NCBI GenBank assembly: GCA_050178385.1
Contig: JBFXGD010000039.1
Location: forward strand, 1 to 24,304
Direction of reading: 5' to 3'
Origin: Calditrichaceae bacterium
GTDB taxonomy: Bacteria > Calditrichota > Calditrichia > Calditrichales > JBFXGD01
DNA length: 24,304 bases
Shown: positions 9,533 to 18,637 of the stretch, one piece after another
Layout of the letters: each line of letters begins with the position of its first letter
Numbering within the stretch: the stretch's first letter is position 1
Translations under genes and position numbers: made by a program
Notes under the pieces: generated by a model
Told to the model about the DNA's origin: nothing
What the model saw: only the letters and a program-made list of their open reading frames with translations
Databases searched by the model: none

Positions 9533-10587
9533 AAATCTTGATGAACTGGCGAATCAAATTAATGATGACAATATTATTTGTTATATCTATTATATTTAGC
9601 GGCTGCAAAAAGGAAAATTCTGAAATCACTCACCCACCCGTGGCGGTGAGAGTGATAAAGCCGATGCATAAAAATATGAATAAAGTGCTTTCTTATATGG
9701 GTACGGTTCATTCGGAGAGTGAAGTCAAGGTGACTGCTCAGGTTCAGGGTACCATTGCTTCTCTTAGGTATCCCGAAGGTGCGCGAATTCAAAAAGGTGA
9801 TATGATCGCAAAGATTTATGCTCCCGATCTGGATGCTGCGGTCGAGCGGACAAAAGCCGATTCTGATTACTGGACCAGAAGATATGAGACGGATAAAAGG
9901 CTGGTGGAGGCAAAAGCAATTCCTCCGGAAGAAGGCGAAGCGAGTAAGAGAGCTTACCTTGCAGCCAATGCGGCTTATACCGAAGCAAAATCACGTCTGG
10001 AAAAAACAATTGAAAAATCTCCGATTAACGGCGAAGTCTTAGACTGGCTCGTTGAACCGGGACAGAATGTAATGCCGGGTCAGCCCATATTACTCCTGGG
10101 TAACAATAAACTGGAACTGCATGCCGAGGTGGTTGAAGAAGACCTTCGCAGGGGAATAAGAGGAGGAATTTCAGCCCTGGTAACAGAAAACGACGGTACA
10201 AAATTTGAAACAAAAGTTTCAGAAGTTTCACCGGTAGCCAGTGGCACATCACGGGCATTCATTGTAAAAACTCCACTGCGCTCAGGTGATGGTCAAAATT
10301 TACGCAAAGGGGCTTCACTCAGGGTGGATTACATTCTTGATTCCAGTAAAGATGCAATAGTCGTTCCGGTGCAGGCAATCGCGAATCGTGATAAAAATCC
10401 TCATCTGTTTGTTATTAGTGACGGGCTGGCGTTTCGCCGGGATGTGAAACTTGGAATCGAGCAGGACGGGTGGATAGCCGTTTCTATGGACGGGACGGGA
10501 ATTGAAACAGTAGCAATGTCAAATCTGGGCTCATTAAAAGATAGCGTAAGGGTGTTTGCGGTTGAATTAGAGGAGGTGCAAAGATGA
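9529..10587 (+). CDS. RND efflux periplasmic adaptor (membrane fusion protein), lipoprotein, 352 aa
   Basis: Lipobox IFSG-C; biotinyl-lipoyl halves 'VQGTIASLRYPEGARIQKGDMIA' and 'SPINGEV...VEPGQNVMPGQPI'; 'VVPVQAI'. ATGA overlaps with both neighbours. Confidence 0.92.
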   Translation: MKILMNWRIKLMMTILFVISIIFSGCKKENSEITHPPVAVRVIKPMHKNMNKVLSYMGTVHSESEVKVTAQVQGTIASLRYPEGARIQKGDMIAKIYAPDLDAAVERTKADSDYWTRRYETDKRLVEAKAIPPEEGEASKRAYLAANAAYTEAKSRLEKTIEKSPINGEVLDWLVEPGQNVMPGQPILLLGNNKLELHAEVVEEDLRRGIRGGISALVTENDGTKFETKVSEVSPVASGTSRAFIVKTPLRSGDGQNLRKGASLRVDYILDSSKDAIVVPVQAIANRDKNPHLFVISDGLAFRRDVKLGIEQDGWIAVSMDGTGIETVAMSNLGSLKDSVRVFAVELEEVQR

Positions 10588-13500
10588 GCCTTCCAGGATT
10601 TTCATTAACAAATAAATATACGATATACGCGCTTTCCATTGGTGTACTGATATTTGGTACGGTTGCGTATTACACTCTGCCAATACAGTTGTTTCCGGAT
10701 ACTTCACCGCCGCTGGTCAATGTTCTGACACCTTATGCAGGTGCCGCGGCGGAGGATGTGGCGGATCTTGTATCTGATCCGATTGAAACAGAAGCCGCGA
10801 CACTGGAGGGGGTATACAAGGTAACCTCTACTTCGCAGGATGGATTGTCACTCGTGGAAGTGGAATTTACCTACGACACGGATGTCGATATCGCGGCCGT
10901 TGACGTTCAGAATGCCATTACCAGAATCAGAGGAAAACTGCCGAAGGAGATTGATGAACCCCAGATTATGAAAATTTCAACCAGTGATGCTCCGGTTCTG
11001 AGTATGGGTTTGATAAGTGAAAATCTGGTTGATGTTCGCAGGCTGTCTGAAGACGTTCTGGCACCGGAGCTTCAGCGTGTGCGCGGGGTTTCCATTGTGG
11101 ATGTGTTTGGTGGTTACCAGCCTGAAATATCCATCAGAGTCAACAGAGACCGTCTCGAGGCCCACAGGCTGAATCTTGGCATGGTGGTCAACGCCATACG
11201 AAGTCATAATGTAAGTGTGCCGGCGGGTGAAATCAAAAGCGAGGGATTGCAGTACACATTTCGTGTTGATGAACAAAGCCGGAATATGACCGATATCGAA
11301 AAAATTCCGATTACGACGCCAACCGGTAAACGAATATTAATCGGTGATGTTGCAAAGGTGGAGCAGGGATCAGGAGAAGATCTGTCCCTGTTTCGGGTGA
11401 ATGGAAAAGAAGCCATTGCCATGCAAGTTTTTAAACAGGATGATGCAAATACTGTCGATGTTGTCCTGCGCGCTCAAAATAAATTTTCAGAATTACAGGA
11501 ACGGTACCCGGATATTGAAATGATTGTTGCCAAAGAAGATGCCTCTTTTACCCAGATGATTGTGGATAATATGCTCGGTGGTGTGTGGCAGGCCATCTTC
11601 CTTGCTGCTCTGATAATCTTTCTTTTTCTTGGAAGTTTAAGCAGAGGCCTTGTGGTCGCTGTATCGATGCCGATGACCTTTTTGCTTACTTTTGCCGGTA
11701 TGAAGGTGTTTAATGTGCAATTAGATCTGGTAACGCTTTCGGCGATCATTCTGGCGGTTGGTATGGTTGTGGATGCTTCCGTAGTTGTGCTGGAAAACAT
11801 CACACGGCATTACCGGGAAAGGAAAATATCAGCGACACAGGCGGCTATCGAAGGAGCACAGGAAATCCAGTTTGCTGTTGTTGCCGGAAATTTAACGACA
11901 TTGATCGTTCTTTTTCCGATGCTCTTCTTGTATGGATTCATCGGGAAGACGTTTGGACCATTAGCGGAAACGATGATAATTGCTTTTATTTCTTCTTTAC
12001 TTGTGGCACTTTCATTGGTGCCCATTCTTACGGCATTGGTGACCAGAGACGGCGGGAAAACGGAAAAAATTTCAGAAAAGATTGCCGCGCCATGGAATCG
12101 AGTGATGGATAAAGTCAGGGATGGTTATACTACATTACTTTCAAAATCTCTGAATAAACGATGGTTGGTATTTTTGACTGTAACCATCATGTTCGTCGGT
12201 TCACTTTTGTTATTAAAATATATTGGTATGGAGTTACTCCCTAAAATGGATGCGGGTACCACCAATATTACCATCGAAACGACATCGGGTACCTCTCTTA
12301 CGGAAACCGGAAAAATAATGGAGCAGGTGGAAGCGATCATTTTACAGGAACCCGAAGTGTTGCTGATATCAAATCAAATGGGTTTTGAACCGGGGATGCA
12401 TTCGTTCGGCGGCGGAGGTGTGCAGGGACCGACACAGGGATATATCACGCTGACCTTAACACCCCGTACCCAACGGGATGAATCGATTTGGGAAATCCAG
12501 GATCGTCTGAGAGAGAAAATATGGAGGATTCCGGGTCTGCAGAATGTCGTAGTGAGAGAATCCGGAGCGACAGCCAAATCCACAACGGCTGCATCCATTA
12601 TGGTCAGTGTTAAAGGGGAAGATCCTCTGGTTCTTAATGCGTTGGGTGATGAGGTCATGAAGATCATCACTCCAATACCCGGGGTAGTAAATCCATACCG
12701 GGAATGGCGCATCGATCAGAAAAGCATCGAACTTTCGATCGATACAGAACGCGCCCGGGAGATGGGGATGACTCCCGCCAGCGCGGCCGATGAACTGGTT
12801 CGTTCTCTCGATGGAATGTATGCCGGTACCTTCCGGGATCTGCTGGGAGATGATACACCAATTCGGGTCAGATACGACATGCCATTTCGTCAGCGTGAGA
12901 GAGATGCTTACGAAGTCCGTACGATTTCATCCACGGATGGACAGGTCGTACCAATTGGCAGTATCGTAAATGGCAAAGAAATTATGGTACAGGGGTTAGT
13001 AACAACCGAAAACCTAGAGCCAACACTCGATATTCTCGCGCTGCACCAGGATCGCGCTCTGAATTTTGTGACTGCTGATGTGGCCAAAGCGATTTCCAAA
13101 ATTGATGTCCCAAAAGGCTATAAAGTAGGTCTGGCCGGAGAAGATAAGGATTTAGGAGAAGCTCAAAGTGAGCTTATGGGAGCAATGCTGATGGCACTCA
13201 TAGCAATTTATCTGCTTCTTGTTGCTCAGTTCCGCTCATTTATTCATCCGGTGACGGTTATGATGTCGGTTCCGCTAAGTCTGATCGGTGTAGCCATTGC
13301 TCTCTGGATCGGCGGGAAGACAGTCTCAATGATTGTAATGGTGGCTTTGATTCTCCTTGTGGGTATCGTTGTGAATAATTCGATCATTCTTCTCGACTTC
13401 ATAAGGCAGCGCCGTAATGAGGGAGCCGAGAGAAGGGAGGCGATTGTTGAATCCGTAGCGGCCCGTTTCCGCCCGATTATGATGACATCGTTTTCAACGA

Positions 13501-13700
13501 TTATTGGTATGACGCCGCTGGCTCTGGAACTGGCGCTTGGAGCGGAAAAGTTCTCTCCTCTGGCGATCGCGGTAATCGGCGGGATGACGGCATCTACATT
13601 CCTTACAATGATTGTGATACCTGTGGTGTATGATTCATTTGAAAGCGCCGCTGAATTCCTGAAAGGACTAAGGGCTAAAAGTAGTGTAATTACTAATTGA
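10584..13700 (+). CDS. RND efflux permease subunit (AcrB/CzcA superfamily), 1038 aa
   Basis: Size and topology; 'LPIQLFPDTSPPLVNV', 'GMVVDASVVVLENI', 'GIVVNNSIILLDF', 'RFRPIMMTS' and 'PLAIAVIGGM'. Confidence 0.95.
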   Translation: MSLPGFSLTNKYTIYALSIGVLIFGTVAYYTLPIQLFPDTSPPLVNVLTPYAGAAAEDVADLVSDPIETEAATLEGVYKVTSTSQDGLSLVEVEFTYDTDVDIAAVDVQNAITRIRGKLPKEIDEPQIMKISTSDAPVLSMGLISENLVDVRRLSEDVLAPELQRVRGVSIVDVFGGYQPEISIRVNRDRLEAHRLNLGMVVNAIRSHNVSVPAGEIKSEGLQYTFRVDEQSRNMTDIEKIPITTPTGKRILIGDVAKVEQGSGEDLSLFRVNGKEAIAMQVFKQDDANTVDVVLRAQNKFSELQERYPDIEMIVAKEDASFTQMIVDNMLGGVWQAIFLAALIIFLFLGSLSRGLVVAVSMPMTFLLTFAGMKVFNVQLDLVTLSAIILAVGMVVDASVVVLENITRHYRERKISATQAAIEGAQEIQFAVVAGNLTTLIVLFPMLFLYGFIGKTFGPLAETMIIAFISSLLVALSLVPILTALVTRDGGKTEKISEKIAAPWNRVMDKVRDGYTTLLSKSLNKRWLVFLTVTIMFVGSLLLLKYIGMELLPKMDAGTTNITIETTSGTSLTETGKIMEQVEAIILQEPEVLLISNQMGFEPGMHSFGGGGVQGPTQGYITLTLTPRTQRDESIWEIQDRLREKIWRIPGLQNVVVRESGATAKSTTAASIMVSVKGEDPLVLNALGDEVMKIITPIPGVVNPYREWRIDQKSIELSIDTERAREMGMTPASAADELVRSLDGMYAGTFRDLLGDDTPIRVRYDMPFRQRERDAYEVRTISSTDGQVVPIGSIVNGKEIMVQGLVTTENLEPTLDILALHQDRALNFVTADVAKAISKIDVPKGYKVGLAGEDKDLGEAQSELMGAMLMALIAIYLLLVAQFRSFIHPVTVMMSVPLSLIGVAIALWIGGKTVSMIVMVALILLVGIVVNNSIILLDFIRQRRNEGAERREAIVESVAARFRPIMMTSFSTIIGMTPLALELALGAEKFSPLAIAVIGGMTASTFLTMIVIPVVYDSFESAAEFLKGLRAKSSVITN

Positions 13701-13725
13701 TGTGAAGTTAGAATCACTTATAAGA

Positions 13726-13753
13726 GCCGCCTGGAGACTATTTGACAGGCGGC
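13726..13753. other. GC-rich intergenic stem-loop after the RND gene (no U-tract on +)
   Basis: GCCGCCTG (13726-13733) / CAGGCGGC (13746-13753), 12-nt loop, followed by AAAA. Confidence 0.5.
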
Positions 13754-13848
13754 AAAATTAAGAAACAAGATAGTTGAAGACTTTGCAGACAAGATGAATG
13801 ACTTCAGAAAAATGTATCTTGCATGCAATATGAATTGAGGTAACCCAA

Positions 13849-14439
13849 ATGGCTAGAATTAACACGGAAGAAAGACAACGGCAAATTATTGATGAAGCGA
13901 TAAAAATTATCCACGTGAAAGGATATTCAGCATTATCGATAAGAGAACTCGCCAAAAATGTAGGGATTTCAGAGCCGGCTATATACCGTCATTTTACCAA
14001 TAAAAATGAGATCATATACGGTATTCTCGACCGCTTGATGGAATTCGGACAAGAGTTGGAAAAAAGACTCAAGACAATTTCTTCACCAAAGGAAAAAATA
14101 GAACAAATAACTATTTTACATATGGAATTTTTACAGGAACATCCTGAAATGACCGCGGTAATATTTTCGGAAGACATATTTGATCCCGACGAATCTATCC
14201 AGAACAAAATCAATGAAATTATGAGAAATCGCCTCAAACTAATAGGCGGGCTGATAGAAGAAGCAAAAGTCGAGGGAACCATTGTTGATGTAAATACCGA
14301 TGACCTCAGCACTGTTATTTTGGGATATCTTAGAATGGTAATTCTTGAGTGGCGTAATTCCGGTTTTAAGTTTTCAATTAAGGAGCGGGGCGAAGGTTTG
14401 CTCGAAACGCTTGACAAAATTGTGTTCAGGGAAAATTAA
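13849..14439 (+). CDS. TetR/AcrR family regulator #1, 196 aa
   Basis: HTH 'RQRQIIDEAIKII..KGYSALSIRELAKNVGISEPAIYRHFTNKNEI'; SD GAGG. Confidence 0.93.
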   Translation: MARINTEERQRQIIDEAIKIIHVKGYSALSIRELAKNVGISEPAIYRHFTNKNEIIYGILDRLMEFGQELEKRLKTISSPKEKIEQITILHMEFLQEHPEMTAVIFSEDIFDPDESIQNKINEIMRNRLKLIGGLIEEAKVEGTIVDVNTDDLSTVILGYLRMVILEWRNSGFKFSIKERGEGLLETLDKIVFREN

Positions 14440-14523
14440 ATTTTTACAATGGCACAAATGATTTGGTACGTTGTTGAACTAATTATAGCGATGTAAAGAA
14501 AAGAAAATTTTTTACCATAATTG

Positions 14524-14541
14524 GTAGTTAGTGATCACTAA
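14524..14541. promoter_or_regulatory. Putative TetR operator, copy 2
   Basis: gTAGTtagtgatcACTAA, containing the perfect 14-bp palindrome TTAGTGATCACTAA (14528-14541). It lies downstream of tetR#1, after a T-run. Confidence 0.65.
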
Positions 14542-14690
14542 AAAGCGTTTAGTTTTTTGGTTTTCCAAAATTTTGAATCAGACTGATGATTATCATAAAA
14601 GAATTAAAGTGTCATAAAATGGATATGCCCGAAGAAAAACCTGTTTCTAAACAATTTGCATTTCCGCATTGCACTGGTTGGAGGTGTATC

Positions 14691-15365
14691 ATGAAGTATT
14701 TATCAAATATTGTGTTAACTCTTTTTTTAATGTTGATGGCGGAATCAGGCTTTGCAAGCGACTGGAAGGGTAAAATTGGAATTACTCCGACTGCCGGCGC
14801 AATGATTCCATCCAACGGCAGTTTTGATAATCATGGTGACTTGAAGGATGTTGTGGAAACGGGTCAGAACTGGGGTGTATCTGTCAGGTATGGAATAACG
14901 ACCAATCTTGCTGTGGAAGGTTCTTTTAGTTATAGCTGGATGTATGTGGTTGATTCAGAAAAACCGGAAGCCGATTTGGATCCGGCTTATGTGATGCCAA
15001 GTATCATTTTTGGAATTGTTTATAAATTTGATCCATTTATTAATTTAAAATTTAGCAGAAATATTTCACCTTTTGTTAGTTTGGGTTTGGGTTTACATCC
15101 CTGGAAATTCAGCAATGACGGTGTCAGCGGCACTGTAGTTGCTGCAAAATATCAAAGTGAAGACGAGTTCTCAAAAACGAGTTTTGGAATGAACGTTGGA
15201 GCAGGAGCTGAATATTCTATCTCAAAAAATTTATCGGTATCTGGACAGGGAAAGTATTATTTCGTATTTTCCGAAGACGAAGAGAAATTTGGTGCAAACT
15301 TCGACAATCAGGGTTTTATCGGCCTTGATTTTTCTTTAACCTATTATCTTCCTTTGAGAAAGTAA
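14691..15365 (+). CDS. Outer membrane beta-barrel protein (OmpA/OmpW-like small barrel), 224 aa
   Basis: Start reassigned to the ATG at 14691 (GGAGG at 14680-14684), which gives a clean signal peptide MKYLSNIVLTLFLMLMAESGFA. Amphipathic strands 'WGVSVRYG', 'PFVSLGLG', 'GMNVGAGAEYS' and 'GLDFSLTYY'. Confidence 0.85.
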   Translation: MKYLSNIVLTLFLMLMAESGFASDWKGKIGITPTAGAMIPSNGSFDNHGDLKDVVETGQNWGVSVRYGITTNLAVEGSFSYSWMYVVDSEKPEADLDPAYVMPSIIFGIVYKFDPFINLKFSRNISPFVSLGLGLHPWKFSNDGVSGTVVAAKYQSEDEFSKTSFGMNVGAGAEYSISKNLSVSGQGKYYFVFSEDEEKFGANFDNQGFIGLDFSLTYYLPLRK

Positions 15366-15382
15366 GTTTCCGGGTGATGTAT

Positions 15383-15415
15383 AAGTCCCCCTGAGCTAAC
15401 GCAGGGGGACTTTTT
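15383..15415 (+). terminator. Intrinsic (rho-independent) terminator after the OMP gene
   Basis: AAGTCCCCCTG (15383-15393) / CAGGGGGACTT (15402-15412), an 11-bp perfect stem with an 8-nt loop, ending in TTTTT. Confidence 0.85.
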
Positions 15416-15434
15416 ATTGTATTGTAAGGTATAT

Positions 15435-16226
15435 ATGGATATTGCGACAAAATTAGAGATGTTGATTCTTAAGAGTAAATTAAAAAATATTTATAGTGAA
15501 GTAAAAAACTGGGTAGTCTTTATATATAAAACGCTTTCTTCCCTCCATTATGCATTCAAATATCCCGGGGAGACATCAAAGCAGTTTTATATTATGGGAG
15601 TGCAGGCGATTATTATCGTTTTGCTGGCTACCAGTTTCACAAGCATGGTCCTTGCGCTTGAATGGGCAAAAAAATTGGAACCATTTGGAGCAAAATTGAT
15701 GCTTGGGCGTATAGTAGCAGTATCGGTCATCAGGGAAATTGGCCCAATGCTGACCGGTCTGATGGTCGCGGGAAGAAGTGGGGCTAAGGTAGTGTCTGAA
15801 ATTGGCAATATGGCCTTGACAGAACAAATTGATGCGCTTCACGCGTTCGGGGTGGATCCTATCAAAAGACTGGTGGTACCAAGGGTCTTCGCGTCGATTA
15901 TGATCATGATTCCACTGACACTGCTGGCCGATGCAATGGGAATCATCGCCAGTTGGTTCGCGTCGGTTGTCTGGATGGGTGTGGATTCCCAGTTTTTCTG
16001 GATATCGATGCGTGACGGACTGTTTATAAAAGATTTGGTTATAGGTTGGGTTAAGCCGCCGTTTTATGGGGTTTTGATTGGAATAATAAGTTCCTATTAT
16101 GGTTATACTGTCCAGGGGGGCGCGGAAGGAATGGGAAGGGCTGCCACAAAAACAGTAATGTACTCATCGCTTGCTGTTCTTTTTATGGACTTCCTTTTGA
16201 CAAAAATTATCCTGAGCCTCTACTAG
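15435..16226 (+). CDS. mlaE: MlaE-family lipid ABC transporter permease
   Basis: 'VIREIGPMLTGLMVAGRSGAKVVSEIGNMALTEQIDAL..FGVDPI..LVVPR' and 'GGAEGMGRAAT.TV'. ATG at 15435 follows AAGG. Confidence 0.92.
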   Translation: MDIATKLEMLILKSKLKNIYSEVKNWVVFIYKTLSSLHYAFKYPGETSKQFYIMGVQAIIIVLLATSFTSMVLALEWAKKLEPFGAKLMLGRIVAVSVIREIGPMLTGLMVAGRSGAKVVSEIGNMALTEQIDALHAFGVDPIKRLVVPRVFASIMIMIPLTLLADAMGIIASWFASVVWMGVDSQFFWISMRDGLFIKDLVIGWVKPPFYGVLIGIISSYYGYTVQGGAEGMGRAATKTVMYSSLAVLFMDFLLTKIILSLY

Positions 16227-16238
16227 GAGAAATAAAAA

Positions 16239-16988
16239 ATGATCGAATTTAAAGATGTCGAGCTGAACCTGAACGGCAAGGAAATTTTGAATAAAATTTC
16301 ATTTAAGATCGAAAAAGGACAGAGTGTCCTGCTGATCGGCAACAGCGGCGCCGGTAAAAGCACTATTTTGAAACTTTTACTCGGGCTGATTAAACCGGTA
16401 TCAGGCGAAATCTCGGTCTTTGGTAAAAATATCGCTGAATTGTCAAACAATGAATTGATGAGATTGCGTCAAAAATGCGGAATGGTCTTTCAGGGAGGCG
16501 CATTGTTTGATTCTCTGACCGTGGAAGAAAATGTGGGATTCTTTCTTCGTGAAAGCCAAAAACTGTCAAGAGAAGAAGTATATCATGGAGTGATGGAAAA
16601 GCTTGAATATCTGCACCTCGACGCATTTAAAGACTATTATCCCGCGCAGCTTAGCGGCGGTATGAAGAAGCGGGTAGCGATCGCGCGGGCGATCACATCA
16701 GGACCCAATGTCATGTTGTATGATGAACCCACAGCAGGACTCGATCCGCAAACAGCCACGAGGGTCGTCGATCTTATTGACGATTTAAGGCACCGTTTTA
16801 ATGTGACATCACTTATTGTAAGCCATGAAATCCACTATTTTATGAAAATTGTGGACAGGATGATGCTGCTAAGGGATGGTATCATTGAATATGACGGGGA
16901 GCCGGATTTGGAATCCGTATCCGATAAAAAAAAAACTGAATTCCCATTCGCTTTAACTGAGGTAATGTCACAGTATGGAATTATCTAA
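16239..16988 (+). CDS. mlaF: MlaF/Mkl-family ABC ATPase, 249 aa
   Basis: Walker A GNSGAGKS, Q-loop VFQGGALFDSL, signature LSGGMKKRV, Walker B MLYDEP, H-loop SH; SD AGGAG. Confidence 0.93.
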   Translation: MIEFKDVELNLNGKEILNKISFKIEKGQSVLLIGNSGAGKSTILKLLLGLIKPVSGEISVFGKNIAELSNNELMRLRQKCGMVFQGGALFDSLTVEENVGFFLRESQKLSREEVYHGVMEKLEYLHLDAFKDYYPAQLSGGMKKRVAIARAITSGPNVMLYDEPTAGLDPQTATRVVDLIDDLRHRFNVTSLIVSHEIHYFMKIVDRMMLLRDGIIEYDGEPDLESVSDKKKTEFPFALTEVMSQYGII

Positions 16989-17937
16989 TAAAAATAAAAG
17001 TCTTAAAGTAAGTGTATTTCTGATGATAGGACTCTCTCTGTTTTTAGCCGGATTCATATTTTTTATGGTCGGATCAAATCAGAAGATATTCGATTCAAAA
17101 TACTCGATATATATGTTTCTCCCCAATATAGAGGGATTAAATTCCGGCGCGTTTGTCACATTATCCGGGTTGAAGGTTGGCGTAGTCGGTCAGCTGAAAT
17201 TTACAGAATATAATGACCAGCGGGGAATTAGAATCGAACTGAAAATAGATAATGATTACCAGGATAAAATCACCGCGTCTTCAAAGGCCATTATCAAAAC
17301 AATGGGGATTCTTGGAGACAAATATGTTGACATTTCACTCGGGAAGGCAGATGAATTGGCGCTTGAGCAGAGTTCTTTTATCCAAAGTGAATGGCTGATT
17401 GATACAAGTAATCTTATTGCTGATGCCACATCCACTCTTTCTGATCTAAAAGCTATTTTGCACAATCTTAATAAAATCAGCAGTGACATAGTAGATGGGG
17501 AAGGGGTGCTTAGCCGTATTATAAAAGACAAAGATGCGGGAAGCGATATGGCGGTATTGTTAAAAAACGTCAGTAAGGGGAGTGATAAACTTGTTGCCGG
17601 AAAGGGGAATCTTGGTAAACTCCTTAACGACAGTACACTCTATAAATCTGTTACGCGGACATCACAGGATGTGGAGGCGATAGTCGGAAATATCCGCGCC
17701 GGCAAAGGAACGGTCGGGCAGGTGGTTTCTGATACTATGTTCTTTTCTCAAATTCAATCGGTTGTTCAGAAAAGCGATTCACTGCTGAATAAATTGCATG
17801 GTGAAGGAACCGCAGGCAGATTATTGTCTGACAAAGAACTTTATGAACGTCTTCTAAATCTGACCCGTGAACTTGAAGAATTGACGGTTGATTTTAAAGA
17901 AAATCCCGAAAAATACGTCTCTTTTAGTGTTTTCTGA
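16975..17937 (+). CDS. mlaD: MlaD/MCE-domain protein with long helical repeat tail, 320 aa
   Basis: N-terminal TM; MCE motif 'GLNSGAFVTLSGLKVGVV...I.TMGILGDKYVDISLG'; C-terminal 'NPEKYV'. 14-bp overlap with mlaF. Confidence 0.9.
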   Translation: MELSNKNKSLKVSVFLMIGLSLFLAGFIFFMVGSNQKIFDSKYSIYMFLPNIEGLNSGAFVTLSGLKVGVVGQLKFTEYNDQRGIRIELKIDNDYQDKITASSKAIIKTMGILGDKYVDISLGKADELALEQSSFIQSEWLIDTSNLIADATSTLSDLKAILHNLNKISSDIVDGEGVLSRIIKDKDAGSDMAVLLKNVSKGSDKLVAGKGNLGKLLNDSTLYKSVTRTSQDVEAIVGNIRAGKGTVGQVVSDTMFFSQIQSVVQKSDSLLNKLHGEGTAGRLLSDKELYERLLNLTRELEELTVDFKENPEKYVSFSVF

Positions 17938-17950
17938 TTTGGGAGGCCGA

Positions 17951-18577
17951 TTGAAATCTCCGAACAGGACAAAGGCAGCAATCATTCAGGCTGCGACAAC
18001 TCTATTCTCGATGAACGGCAAAAACGGCACTTCGTTGAGCCAGATCGCCGGTTACTGCGAAATAAATAATTCACTCATCTATTATCACTTTAATGATAAA
18101 GACCGTTTATATGATCTTGTGATTAGGGTGAATATTAAAAAAATGATTAACTATCTGCATTATCAGATTATGCTGCAGCATGTAAAATCTCCGGACAGAA
18201 GCAAACTGATTGAAATATTTATTAGATTCTGGCAGGAAAATCCGGAAGTGTTGAAACTCCTTATTTATGAGATTAATAACGGCGCAGATGCATTGATCAA
18301 AATATTGAAATCGCCGAGAACTTCAAATCTGCAGTCAAAATTGCATAATATTGTCGCCATTCTGGAGCAGCATGTATCACCTGGCGCGGATTGTGATGAT
18401 AACAGGATAAACGGATTTATAAGTTTTGTGGGGATAATTATGATATACGCCCTCTTTGAGCCTCTGTTTGACAATCTGTTTAATGTTAGCCTGGAACAAA
18501 AAAATGACTTCATTAAAAAGAGAATAGAACTGATTTCTGAAGTTTACGGCTCTCATAAAAAAATATACATTAAATAA
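17951..18577 (+). CDS. TetR/AcrR family regulator #2 (about 208 aa, TTG start)
   Basis: HTH 'TKAAIIQAATTLFSMNGKNGTSLSQIAGYCEINNSLIYYHFNDKDRLY'. GGGAGG at 17941-17946 precedes an in-frame TTG at 17951, which removes the overlap with mlaD. Confidence 0.85.
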   Translation: MKSPNRTKAAIIQAATTLFSMNGKNGTSLSQIAGYCEINNSLIYYHFNDKDRLYDLVIRVNIKKMINYLHYQIMLQHVKSPDRSKLIEIFIRFWQENPEVLKLLIYEINNGADALIKILKSPRTSNLQSKLHNIVAILEQHVSPGADCDDNRINGFISFVGIIMIYALFEPLFDNLFNVSLEQKNDFIKKRIELISEVYGSHKKIYIK

Positions 18578-18637
18578 TTTATTGTATCCTGATTAAGGAA
18601 ATCTTCGTAATATATTTTTAAAAACATAAAGTTTGAA

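Noticed and set aside
13701..13720. AAGT-N7-ACTT after the RND stop as a sixth operator
   Set aside because: The spacing is 7 rather than 8 and the half-sites are poor.
14586..14690. Longer N-terminus of the OMP given in the ORF track
   Set aside because: The SD and the signal peptide both point to the ATG at 14691.
17888..17950. Longer N-terminus of TetR#2 overlapping mlaD
   Set aside because: A strong SD at 17941-17946 supports the TTG at 17951.
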